From Alphaproteobacteria bacterium (GTDB lineage Bacteria; Pseudomonadota; Alphaproteobacteria; SP197): 64,000 nucleotides of DNA. Location of the stretch: positions 2,744,982 through 2,808,981 of the forward strand of contig OZ251464.1 of NCBI GenBank assembly GCA_965242595.1, written 5' to 3'. The translations under genes were made by a program, and so were the position numbers. Below, one piece after another: positions 34,787 to 47,653 of this stretch; position 1 is the first letter of the stretch; each line of letters starts with the position of its first letter. The notes beneath the pieces are model-generated. The model ran no database searches. It saw nothing but the letters and a program-made list of their open reading frames with translations, and was not told where the DNA came from.

Positions 34787-35950
34787 ATGACCGACCGCAT
34801 CGCCAGGACATTTTCGCTCGCCGCCCTTTGCATCGCCTCGGCCCTGGCGCTGGCGGCCTGTGGCGGCGGTGGGGGCGGTGGCACAACGCCTGCCGCCAAG
34901 CCCGCCCCTGCCACCCCTGGCGATGAGACGAGGGTGATGCCGGCGGCGGATCATCCCAATACCCTGGGCGAGGCGCTGGCGATCAGGGCCGGGCAGGCGA
35001 TCGACGGCAGCATCGCTTCGGCAGACGACAGGGATTTCTTCCGGCTGCCGCTTAGCGAACCCAGCAGGGTGACGTTCTGGGCAACAGGAGAGGCGGACAC
35101 CGTGATCGCGCTGCTGGACGAGGACGGCAACGAGCTTGCCACGACGGGCGCAGCCCCGGCATCGATCAGCGCGGCCGGCGGCGGCGGCAGCGTGGCCGCC
35201 AGCGAGGGCAGGGTGAGCGTGAAGACGGGGGCGGAACAGGTGATCGCCCGGGTGAGCGGCAAGCAGGGCGGCAGCACCGGCGGCTACAGGCTGCATAACC
35301 AGTCGGCGAAGAATCGGGCGCCCGTGGTCAGCGGGACTGTCGCGCCGCTGAACGTGTCAGCCGGCCAGACGGAGACTGTCCCGCTTGCGAACGCCTTCAC
35401 AGACCCGGACGGCGACAAGCTTACATACACCGCAAGCGCGCCAGGGGGAATTCTGACTGTTCGTGTGGAAGGGTCGATCCTGAATGTCGCGCGCATGGAC
35501 AATGCGAGGCCTGGCTCGGTGAAGATCACGATTACCGCCAGAGATCCTTTCGGCCTGGGCGTGTCTCGGGAGTTCACCGCCACGATCTCCGCACCCACAA
35601 CCCAGATGGTTTCCGTTGAAGCGTGCATCAATGCCGCTCGTCGTATCTCTCCTTTTAGACCGTCATGTCCAACAGGTTATGGCGATAGGCATCGTGTTGA
35701 CTTTACAAACTCCTGCACTCAGGAGGTGAGTGTCACGTGGAATTGGTATTATCGTAGTTCCGAAATCGTCGGCGGCGGCATCTCCACCGGATGGTCCACT
35801 GGACAAGCCGCCACAATTAAGCCTGGGAGCACACATGATACGGATTCGCTTTGTACCACCGCTTCGCAACCACCCATCAGATACTGTGTTTACGCCCGTG
35901 GTTCCTCCTCCCGTTGCTATGGCGATAACCCACCGTGGAAAAATCTGTGA
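34787..35950 (+). CDS. Surface lipoprotein with PPC-like and cadherin/Ig-like domains
   Basis: Lipobox LAAC-GGGG; DDRDFFRL...DTVIALLDEDG; NRAPVV...FTDPDGDKLTY; Cys-rich C-terminus. Confidence 0.75.
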   Translation: MTDRIARTFSLAALCIASALALAACGGGGGGGTTPAAKPAPATPGDETRVMPAADHPNTLGEALAIRAGQAIDGSIASADDRDFFRLPLSEPSRVTFWATGEADTVIALLDEDGNELATTGAAPASISAAGGGGSVAASEGRVSVKTGAEQVIARVSGKQGGSTGGYRLHNQSAKNRAPVVSGTVAPLNVSAGQTETVPLANAFTDPDGDKLTYTASAPGGILTVRVEGSILNVARMDNARPGSVKITITARDPFGLGVSREFTATISAPTTQMVSVEACINAARRISPFRPSCPTGYGDRHRVDFTNSCTQEVSVTWNWYYRSSEIVGGGISTGWSTGQAATIKPGSTHDTDSLCTTASQPPIRYCVYARGSSSRCYGDNPPWKNL

Positions 35951-35966
35951 ACGGGAGTAAGGAGCC

Positions 35967-36626
35967 ATGAACAGCGACAAACAGAGCAAGTCGGCAAGCG
36001 ACGGCAAAGAGGATTCAGGGACGAGGTGGCCCTGGTGGGGGCAGCTCCTGCTTGCCGTGGCTGCGATGGCGACTGCCAGCGGGCTGCTGATCGGCCTACC
36101 GGTTCTGAGTGCGGAGATTGCCGGGAATGGCGACGTCGGTGGGCTGACCGTGTGGGGTCCAATGTTCGCGGTGCTGATCGGTATCACCGCCATGACGATC
36201 ACCGGCATCTTCGTCTTCATGAGTTTCAGAATCGACCGTGGGGCGAGGTTGGAGGCGCGAAATGAGGCGCAAGAAGAAATACGAAAATTGTCGGGAACAA
36301 TATCGAAGACAATAAAAGAGATTGAAGAATGTGCAGATAAAACGAAAGCCAGGATAGAGGAAGCCGGAGATGAAGTGGAGCAGAATAGCGAAAACGTCAT
36401 AAGGAAGACGGAAGAAGACCTCAAAAAAGAGACAGACGCCATAAAAAGTAGGGCTGAGCGCAGACTGAAGGAGAATGAAACCAAGATCGTCGATGATATG
36501 CGAAAAAAGGTTGAAAAAAGGGTTGCTGAAACCAATATCGAGCAGATGGTGGAAGATGCCAATCGACGAGGCGCCACTGAAAAGCGTGGCTGGTTACGCT
36601 GGTTTCGCCGCCCTGACAGGTCGTAG
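35967..36626 (+). CDS. Hypothetical membrane protein, two TM helices plus a charged coiled-coil tail
   Basis: Hydrophobic segments in the first 90 aa, E/K-rich tail; AAGGAG RBS. Confidence 0.7.
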   Translation: MNSDKQSKSASDGKEDSGTRWPWWGQLLLAVAAMATASGLLIGLPVLSAEIAGNGDVGGLTVWGPMFAVLIGITAMTITGIFVFMSFRIDRGARLEARNEAQEEIRKLSGTISKTIKEIEECADKTKARIEEAGDEVEQNSENVIRKTEEDLKKETDAIKSRAERRLKENETKIVDDMRKKVEKRVAETNIEQMVEDANRRGATEKRGWLRWFRRPDRS

Positions 36627-36656
36627 GCAAAGGCTTCGGTGCCCGGGTTCCTGGCG

Positions 36657-37688
36657 ATGATCGCGAGTTCATGGCGTTTCGCTCGCCGTCAGTGGCATCG
36701 GGCCGGGGATGTGTTTCGCATCTTGACGGTGACGACCCTGGCCGCGTCGGCGTTGCTTGCCGTTGCGGCGTTCGTCGTTTTTTCATGTATGTGGCCGCCA
36801 CTGAACGGCAATGAAGAAACCGTCATGACCGTCAAAATAGACAAAGAACAATTCGATGAGATCAAAGATATCGTCGAGAATGCGACAGAATGGCAGGCGG
36901 ACATAAGCAGCGAGATCGCGGGCATTCGTTTCGGAGTCGAGGATCTTCGCTCCGAAGCCGGGGATGTGGTGGTAGCAATCAGGGAACAGGGAGACAGAAT
37001 CGCCGACGGCATGACGGCAATCACGGAACAGACAGGTAAAATTTCCGACGATGTGGCGGCAATCGCGGAACAGACGGGCAGGATCGCTGACGGCGTGGCG
37101 GCGGTAAGAAAAGGTGGAGACAGAACTCTGCAAGAGGAAGACGAAGTGAGCGACCTGCAGAATGGAGGGGGAATCCTGACGAAAGTAGTTTCATCGCCGG
37201 AAGGTTGTTCCGACAGCGATGGATGCCTGGGAGAGTTGTATTTCGTTCATGATTGGCCGCCGGAACGGGAAAATATATGCAAAGATACGGCAGAGGGCAG
37301 AGATATGACAAGGGATTTTTCACAGACGCATATCACAGAGTTGGGCAGCATTGTCGACAAGCTGAAAGAAAAAGGGCCAGGAAAATTTGTATTGGTTGAG
37401 GGATATGCGAGTAATCATGGGGAAAAGGAATTTGTCGAGGGGCCTGTGAGCAATCCTGAAAAGGAACAGAATCTCATGCTGTCGCGAAGAAGAGCGGAAA
37501 TTGTGGCTTGTTATCTCGAACAAGAGTTGATGAACAGAAATGGAGAATCGAAGTATTGCTTTTCTCATTTCGGTGAGGGTTCCGATGAACACTGGAGGAG
37601 CCATTCTGACTCCGATGATTTCAATTACCGAAAGGTGCGAGTCATCCTCAGTGAGTATGCATGCCCGTCGGGCACAGGAAGAATTTGA
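36657..37688 (+). CDS. Membrane-anchored coiled-coil protein with a C-terminal OmpA/MotB-like domain
   Basis: One TM helix, 14-aa repeats (IADGMTAITEQTGK-like), VLVEGYAS...NLMLSRRRAEIV...FGEG...RKV. Confidence 0.72.
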   Translation: MIASSWRFARRQWHRAGDVFRILTVTTLAASALLAVAAFVVFSCMWPPLNGNEETVMTVKIDKEQFDEIKDIVENATEWQADISSEIAGIRFGVEDLRSEAGDVVVAIREQGDRIADGMTAITEQTGKISDDVAAIAEQTGRIADGVAAVRKGGDRTLQEEDEVSDLQNGGGILTKVVSSPEGCSDSDGCLGELYFVHDWPPERENICKDTAEGRDMTRDFSQTHITELGSIVDKLKEKGPGKFVLVEGYASNHGEKEFVEGPVSNPEKEQNLMLSRRRAEIVACYLEQELMNRNGESKYCFSHFGEGSDEHWRSHSDSDDFNYRKVRVILSEYACPSGTGRI

Positions 37689-37782
37689 AGGCTGCCACCC
37701 GCGCCGTATTTGGAGCGGCGCAGGCCGGACCGGCAGAACACCGGCACAGCCAGGCAGACGCCATCGCCCGGGCAGCCGAAGA

Positions 37783-38298
37783 TCAGGGAATAAGCTCGGC
37801 CGCCGCCACCGCCAGAGCGGCAACGGCGACGATGAACACCATCATGCGCGCGTCACGCCGCGCATTCGCAGCCTCCTGGCGCGTTTCAAGCGCCCGAATG
37901 CGCTCGTCAAGGCGCGCCTCGGACGCCTGGATGCGCTCCTTCAGACGCGCCTCGGACGCCTGGATGCGCTCCTTCAGGCGCGCCTCGGACGCCTGGATGC
38001 GTTCATCCGTGCGCGCCTCGGACGCCTGGATACGTTCGTCCGTGCGCGCCTCGGACGCCTGGATGCGCTCGTCAAGGCGCGTCTCCAGGAGATCCATGCG
38101 CGTCTCCAGAAGGTCCATGCGCCCGTCGATACGGGTCAGCTGCCCGTCGATACGGGCGAAACCCGCCTCCAGGTCCGCCTTGCTGGCGGTGGTCTCCGTC
38201 ACCGCATCGCGCATCGCCTGCGCGTGCGCTTCGGCCTGGTCCACAGCGACGCCGGCGGTCTTCAGGCGCTGGGCATAGGCGAGGGTGTCGAAGGCCAT
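37783..38298 (-). CDS. DUF1640/CCDC90-like coiled-coil membrane protein, copy 1
   Basis: MAFDTLAYAQRLKTAGV...QAEA...ASKADL, six 11-aa repeats, C-terminal TM. Confidence 0.8.
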   Translation of the reverse strand: MAFDTLAYAQRLKTAGVAVDQAEAHAQAMRDAVTETTASKADLEAGFARIDGQLTRIDGRMDLLETRMDLLETRLDERIQASEARTDERIQASEARTDERIQASEARLKERIQASEARLKERIQASEARLDERIRALETRQEAANARRDARMMVFIVAVAALAVAAAELIP

Positions 38299-38318
38299 GG
38301 CATTGCTCCTCAGCCGTC

Positions 38319-38347
38319 AGACTAAACCGCCACCCTTCCCGGCGCAA
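38319..38347 (-). promoter_or_regulatory. Putative sigma70 promoter of DUF1640 copy 1 (same motif at 38813-38841 for copy 2)
   Basis: Minus strand TTGCGC-17 bp-TAGTCT followed by AGGAG RBS. Confidence 0.55.
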
Positions 38348-38363
38348 GCCGGGGGGCCGAAGA

Positions 38364-38792
38364 TCAGGGAATAAGCTCGGCCGCCGCCACCGCCAGAGCG
38401 GCAACGGCGACGATGAACACCATCATGCGCGCGTCACGCCGCGCATTCGCAGCCTCCTGGCGCGTCTCGGACGCCCGAATGCGCTCGTCCATGCGCGTCT
38501 CGGACGCCTGGATGCGCTCGTCAAGGCGCGCCTCGGACGCCTGGATGCGCTCGTCAAGGCGCGCCTCGGACGCCCGAATGCGCTCGTCCATGCGCGTCTC
38601 CAGGAGATCCATGCGCGTCTCCAGAAGGTCCATGCGCCCATCGAGGCGGGCAAAGCCGGACTCCAGGTCCGCCTTGCTGGCGGTGGTCTCCGTCACGGTA
38701 TCGCGCAGCGCCTGCGCGTGCGCTTCGGCCTGGGCCGCAGCGACGCCGGCGGCTTTCAGGCGCTGAGCATAGGCGAGGGTATCGAAGGCCAT
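38364..38792 (-). CDS. DUF1640/CCDC90-like coiled-coil membrane protein, copy 2
   Basis: Near-identical to copy 1, with four 11-aa repeats. Confidence 0.8.
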   Translation of the reverse strand: MAFDTLAYAQRLKAAGVAAAQAEAHAQALRDTVTETTASKADLESGFARLDGRMDLLETRMDLLETRMDERIRASEARLDERIQASEARLDERIQASETRMDERIRASETRQEAANARRDARMMVFIVAVAALAVAAAELIP

Positions 38793-38876
38793 GGCATTGC
38801 TCCTTAGCCGCCAGACTAAACCGCCACCCTTCCCGGCGCAAGCCGGGGGGTTGTTGGGGTTGTTGCGGCGGGCGGT

Positions 38877-42536
<3,660 letters not shown>

Positions 42537-42537
<1 letters not shown>

Positions 42538-43670
42538 TGGCGGCTGGCGGCGGCGAAGCGGTGGCAGGCCCAGGGGCAGACCAGGCGGCGGGAGCGGCGC
42601 GGCCCAGCCTGCCGGCCCGCTTCTACACCTGCCCGCAGCTGGCGGCGCGGGAGCGGCGCGCCATCTTCGCCGCCAATTGGGCGCCGTTCGGCCCCCTGCA
42701 CGAGCTGGCGCCAGCCGGGCGCTATGTGGCGCGCACGGTCAATGGCTGGCCGCTGCTGGTGCTGCGCGATCGCCAGGGCGAGCTGCGCGCCTTTCACAAT
42801 GCCTGCCGCCATCGGGGGGCGGCGCTGCTGGCCGAGGGCGCCGGCAGCTGCGGGGGCGAGATCGTCTGCCCCTATCACGGCTGGCGCTATGCCAGCGACG
42901 GGCGCCTGGTGCTGGCGCCCCGCTTCGGCGCGGCGCTGCCCGGCGAGCTGCTGCCCGGAGGCCTGCTGGAGGCGCGGGTGGACAGCTGGCGCGGCCTGAT
43001 CTTCGTCTGCATCGACCGCGAGGGGCCGGGGCTGGAGGCCTGGCTGGGCGCGCTGCCGGCCCTGTGCGCCGATTATCCCGAAACCGGGGCCCTGGCCTGG
43101 CATGGCAGCTTTGCGGTAGAAGGCCGGGCCAATTGGAAGACCTATTGCGACAACACGGTGGAAGGCTATCACCTGCCCTTCGTTCACAAGCGGCTGGCCA
43201 GGGCGGTGGCGGGGGCGGAGGTGGAGTTGCGCGGCTACGATGGCGGGCGGCTGGTGTGCTTTCATGTCGCCTATCGCGGCGAGGGGCGGGCGCTGCGCGG
43301 CGAGGGCGGGCTGTGGTTTTACCGCTATCCCGGTTTCCAGGCGGTGCTGGGGCCGGCCGGCTTCAAGGCCGAGCGGATCGAACCCATGGGCGCCGGCGCC
43401 CTGCGTTCCATCAGCTGGGCGTGGTACGATGCCGGCATGGATGACGCAGAGGCGGCGGAGAACTTCGCCTGGGCCGAGGAGATCGTGCGCGAAGATCTGA
43501 GCATCTGCGAGACGGTGCAGCGCAACCTGGAGGCCGGCGCCTGGCAGAGCGGCTGGCTTTCGCCCGCCATGGAGGAACACACCGCCGCCTTTCAGCGGCT
43601 GGTGCGGGAGGATATGGCCGCGGTGGAAGAGAGAGACGTTGCCGGGGCCGGAACGGAGGGGCGGTCGTGA
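42537..43670 (+). CDS. Rieske non-heme iron oxygenase alpha subunit (choline monooxygenase-like)
   Basis: NACRHRG, CPYHGW, NWKTYCDNTVEGYHLPFVH, EDLSICETVQ. Confidence 0.88.
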
Positions 43671-44197
43671 TCGGGCCCTTTGCCAACCGGCTGGGCGGGC
43701 GGGTGCCGGCGACGCTGGTGGCGGGCATCGTCCTGTCCGCGGCGGGGGCGTGGTTCACCTCCGCGCCGCTGCTCCACAGCTATCCGGAGGAGGGCGAGTT
43801 GACGGCCGTGCACGGCGAGGCCTTCGACGCCATCGAGGTGCGCAAGCGGCGCGGCGCCCTGACGCGCTTTCTGGCCGAAGATCCGCTGGAATTCCAGGCC
43901 GTGCTGGCGCCGGGCGAGCGCATCGTGATCTACGAAAACACCCTGCCGCGCTATCGCGAGGTGAAGGCGGTGGCGGTGGCCGGCGAGGCCGTCTATCACC
44001 TGTGGCAGGAGGCGCCGGACGAGCGCGACCGGCTGCTGATCTGGCAGCTGGACGGCGCGGACGGCCAGGTGATGAGCCGCCAGCAGACCGTGCTGGCGCT
44101 CAAGGCAGAGCGCATCAAAGCCACCCTGCTGCCAATGGTGATGGCGCTGGCCGGCGTGGTGCTGGTGGTGCTGGGCTGCCGGGCGCAGCGGGAGTGA
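43667..44197 (+). CDS. Hypothetical membrane protein
   Basis: GTGA overlap with the upstream gene, N- and C-terminal hydrophobic segments, host-like codon usage. Confidence 0.65.
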   Translation: MIGPFANRLGGRVPATLVAGIVLSAAGAWFTSAPLLHSYPEEGELTAVHGEAFDAIEVRKRRGALTRFLAEDPLEFQAVLAPGERIVIYENTLPRYREVKAVAVAGEAVYHLWQEAPDERDRLLIWQLDGADGQVMSRQQTVLALKAERIKATLLPMVMALAGVVLVVLGCRAQRE

Positions 44198-44341
44198 GGG
44201 AGGTGGACGGCGTGCTTTCTGGCATGATCGTTGCACCCATCATGGCGGCGATTGTTGTCAAGGCTTTCTTCTGACCTTCAACACCAGGGCTGCGGTGCCC
44301 TGCCGTTCGTGCCAGGAAGACGAGCCATATAGGGACATATC

Positions 44342-45478
44342 GTGGCTGGAGAACGCATACCGATCACGGGCGAGGTCCTGCGGTGGGCGCGGAAGCGGGC
44401 CGGTTTCTCGATTGAAGAGTTGCTCGCCAATTTCCGGGACATCGAGGCCTGGGAAAAAGGCACGGCGTCGCCGACATATCCGCAGCTCGAGCGGCTGGCC
44501 AAGGCTTTCAAAGTGCCGGTTGCGGTGTTTTTCTTCCCGGAACCACCAGATATACCGCGGATCCAGGAGTCCTTCAGAACGCTTCCAGCTGCGCAATTCG
44601 AGATCCTGCCCCGTGAATTGATTTTCTTGCTGCGCAAGGCCAAGTCCCTACAGATCAACCTTTCAGAGCTGCATGAGGACCGGAATCCCGCCGAGCGCTT
44701 CATCCTGCGCGATTTGCACTTTACTCCAGACACGAAGATCCCGGATATGGCGCGGCGGGTGCGCAACCATCTTGGCATATCTCTCGAAACCCAAATGAGT
44801 TGGAAAAACAGCGATGCGGCTTTCGATGAATGGCGCGCAACGCTTGAAAAACATGGTGTAGCCGTCTTCAAGGACGCCTTCCGAAATGATACGTACTCGG
44901 GTTTTTGTCTTTACCATGAAACTTTTCCGCTTATCTATGTGAACAATTCGGTAAAAACCCGCCAGACTTTTACCCTGTTCCACGAACTGGCGCATTTGCT
45001 CTTTCACACCAGCGGAATCGACGAGCCCGACGGAAGGACGAATGAAGAATTGCCGCCTGCGGGTCGCAAAATTGAAACTGTCTGTAATCTTTTTGCCGCC
45101 GAATTCCTGCTTCCCGGGGTCCGTTTCAAATCGGACATGCGTGACCAGCCGGCGACGGAGGAAACGGCAGATAAAATCGCCAGGCGCTATCATGTCTCAC
45201 GAGAATTGGTCTTTCGCCGTTTCCTGGACGATGGCGATATCAGCCAGGAGGAGTATCGAACCGCAGCCAAACGTTGGGCCGGGCAAAGAAAGGATAGCGG
45301 CCGGGGTGGAGATTATTACGCGACCAAGGTTTCCTATCTCGGCGTCAATTATATCGGTCTTGCTTTCTCGCGCTACAGGCAGAATCGCATTTCCGAGTTC
45401 GAATTGGCCGATTATCTTGATACCAAGGTCAGGTATCTCGATGGGATCGAGGATCGCTTTGCGAGAAAATCCATATAA
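44342..45478 (+). CDS. XRE HTH + ImmA/IrrE family metallopeptidase
   Basis: LRWARKRAG...WEKGTASPTYPQL HTH; RQTFTLFHELAH (HExxH); CNLFAAEFLLP. Confidence 0.9.
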   Translation: MAGERIPITGEVLRWARKRAGFSIEELLANFRDIEAWEKGTASPTYPQLERLAKAFKVPVAVFFFPEPPDIPRIQESFRTLPAAQFEILPRELIFLLRKAKSLQINLSELHEDRNPAERFILRDLHFTPDTKIPDMARRVRNHLGISLETQMSWKNSDAAFDEWRATLEKHGVAVFKDAFRNDTYSGFCLYHETFPLIYVNNSVKTRQTFTLFHELAHLLFHTSGIDEPDGRTNEELPPAGRKIETVCNLFAAEFLLPGVRFKSDMRDQPATEETADKIARRYHVSRELVFRRFLDDGDISQEEYRTAAKRWAGQRKDSGRGGDYYATKVSYLGVNYIGLAFSRYRQNRISEFELADYLDTKVRYLDGIEDRFARKSI

Positions 45479-45939
45479 TGTACGTCTTCGACACCTCGGC
45501 GCTGTCCAGCCTCATTAAAAACTTCTACCGGAAGCGTTTCCCGACGCTCTGGGGGTATTTCGACGACCTTGCCGCCAAGGGGGGCGTCACTTCTACGCGT
45601 GAAGTTCGACATGAGCTCAATCGAAGAACCGCCGATGACGACTTCGTTCGGGAGTATCGAAACATCTTCACGACCCCAACCCCCGAAGAAGCAAGATTTA
45701 TCATGAAAATCTATGAGATCCGACATTTTCAACAGAATATCGAGCTCCAGAAGATGGTGGCGGGTGGCTATAATGCCGATGCCTTCGTGATTGCGAAGGC
45801 GGCCGTCAACAATGGCACTATCGTTACTCTTGAACGGGAGAGGCCCAATGCGGCCAGGATTCCCAATATTTGTCGTCACTTCGGTATAGCGTGTTGCGAT
45901 CTTGAACAGTTCATGGAGGCTGAAGGCTGGAAATTCTGA
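45478..45939 (+). CDS. PIN-fold protein, DUF4411-like
   Basis: YVFDTSAL, FPTLW, EVRHEL, ADAFVIAKA, VTLE, IPNICRHFGI; TAATG coupling to the upstream gene. Confidence 0.85.
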   Translation: MYVFDTSALSSLIKNFYRKRFPTLWGYFDDLAAKGGVTSTREVRHELNRRTADDDFVREYRNIFTTPTPEEARFIMKIYEIRHFQQNIELQKMVAGGYNADAFVIAKAAVNNGTIVTLERERPNAARIPNICRHFGIACCDLEQFMEAEGWKF

Positions 45940-46059
45940 TGCTTATCACTTTTCTTCGGCGGTATGACAGATGACGATCGACGGTGCCAGGGCACACGAG
46001 GCGGCGATGAGGACGGCGGTCATCGGGCCTTCGGGCCGATGCCGGCGGACCCAGGGGCC

Positions 46060-47613
46060 TTAGTCGCGGGGGCGCCTCAGCAGGGTTCTGACCTCGGCGA
46101 GGTGGAAGGCGCCCAGGAGGTGGCCGGCGGCGGCGTAGCTGGCGAGGCCCAGGGTTATCAGGGCGGCCAGGGTGGCGGCCTGGGCGGCGGGGCCGGCGGC
46201 GAGCCAGGGCTCGGCCGTCTGGGCGGCGGGCCAGAGCAGGGCCACCATGGCGGCGGTGGCGGCGCTGGCCCGGGGCAGGCGGCGGCGCAGGCGCGCGTCG
46301 GGGGTGAAATGGCCGCGCCGCGCCAGCACCCGGAACAGCAGGGCGGCGTTGATCCAGGCGGCGCCGGCGGTGGCCAGGGCGATGCCGACATGGCCCAGCG
46401 ACCAGATCAGCGCCAGCATGATGGCGATGTTGCTGGCAAGGCCGACGACGGCGATCCGCACCGGCGTCGCCGTGTCCTGGCGGGCGAAGAAGCCCGGCGC
46501 CAGCACCTTGATCAGCACATAGGCCGGCAGGCCCAGGGCGAAGGCGGCCAGCGCGGCGGCGGTGGCGACGGTGTCGCTGGCGGTGAAAGCGCCGCGCTGG
46601 AACAGCACGGCGACGATGGGGCCGGCGATGGCCACCAGCGCGGCCGCGGCAGGCAGGCAGAAGATCGCCGCCAGCTCCACCGCCCGGCTCTGGCTGGCAT
46701 CGGCGCCGGCCCCGTCGCCGGCCGCGATCTGGCGCGAGAGCAGCGGCAGCAGCGAGGTGCCGGCGGCGATGCCGATCACACCCAGCGGCAGCTGATTGAC
46801 GCGGTCGGCATAGTAGAGATGGGAGATGGCGCCGGTGGGCAGGAAGGAGGCCGCCCACAGATCGATCAGCAGATTGATCTGCACCACGCCGGCGCCCAGC
46901 GCCGCCGGGGCGAACAGGACCAGCAGGCGGCGGACATCGGGACCGAAGCGCGGCCATAGCGGGCGCGGCAGCAGGCCGGCCCGCTTCAGGCTGACCAGCA
47001 GCAGCAGCAGCTGGGCCACGCCGCCGGCGCTGACCCCCCAGGCCAGGGCGCGCCCGGCCGCCGCGCCACCCTCCCGCCCGGCAACCAGGGCGGCGGCGAT
47101 CAGGCACAGATTGAGCAGGATCGGCGCGGCGGCGAAGGCGGCGAAGCGGCCGCTGGAGTTCAGCATGGCGCCGAACAGGGCCACCAGCGAGACCAGCAGC
47201 AGATAGGGGAAGGTGATGCGGGTGAGTTCGACCGCCAGGGCCAGCCGGGTGGGATCGTCGGCGAAGCCCGGCGCCAGCGCGAGCATGACCCAGGGCATGG
47301 CGATCTCGACCACGGCGACCAGGGCCGCCAGCACCACGAACAGGACCGCCAGGATCTCCGAAGCCAGGCGCCGCGCCGGCCCCTTGCCGGCATCCTCCAG
47401 CCGGGCGGCGAAGAGGGGCACGAAGGCGGCGTTGAAGGCGCCCTCGGCGAACAGGCGGCGGAAGAAATTGGGGAGCTTGAAGGCGACCAGGAAGGCATCG
47501 GCGACCGGCCCCGCCCCCAGCGCCGCCGCCACCAGCACATCGCGCAGGAAGCCGAGCGCGCGGCTGGCCGCCGTGAAGCCGCCGACGGTGGCGAAGGCGC
47601 GGTGAAGGTTCAC
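46060..47613 (-). CDS. murJ: Lipid II flippase MurJ (MviN)
   Basis: SRALGFLRD, AFKLPNFFRRLFAEGAF, LYYADRVNQLPLG. Confidence 0.96.
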   Translation of the reverse strand: MNLHRAFATVGGFTAASRALGFLRDVLVAAALGAGPVADAFLVAFKLPNFFRRLFAEGAFNAAFVPLFAARLEDAGKGPARRLASEILAVLFVVLAALVAVVEIAMPWVMLALAPGFADDPTRLALAVELTRITFPYLLLVSLVALFGAMLNSSGRFAAFAAAPILLNLCLIAAALVAGREGGAAAGRALAWGVSAGGVAQLLLLLVSLKRAGLLPRPLWPRFGPDVRRLLVLFAPAALGAGVVQINLLIDLWAASFLPTGAISHLYYADRVNQLPLGVIGIAAGTSLLPLLSRQIAAGDGAGADASQSRAVELAAIFCLPAAAALVAIAGPIVAVLFQRGAFTASDTVATAAALAAFALGLPAYVLIKVLAPGFFARQDTATPVRIAVVGLASNIAIMLALIWSLGHVGIALATAGAAWINAALLFRVLARRGHFTPDARLRRRLPRASAATAAMVALLWPAAQTAEPWLAAGPAAQAATLAALITLGLASYAAAGHLLGAFHLAEVRTLLRRPRD

Positions 47614-47653
47614 GACCGGGGCGAGGGGGATGGCGGGACCGGGCGGAGTGGGA

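Larger units (their letters stand above)
37775..38850. repeat. Tandem duplication of a promoter+gene unit (37775-38355 and 38356-38850)
   Basis: Both units start GCCGAAGATCAGGGAATAAG and end CCCGGCGCAAGCCGGGGG. Confidence 0.9.

Noticed and set aside
37880-38110. 33-bp repeats that could be mistaken for a CRISPR array
   Set aside because: Contiguous in-frame coding repeats with no unique spacers
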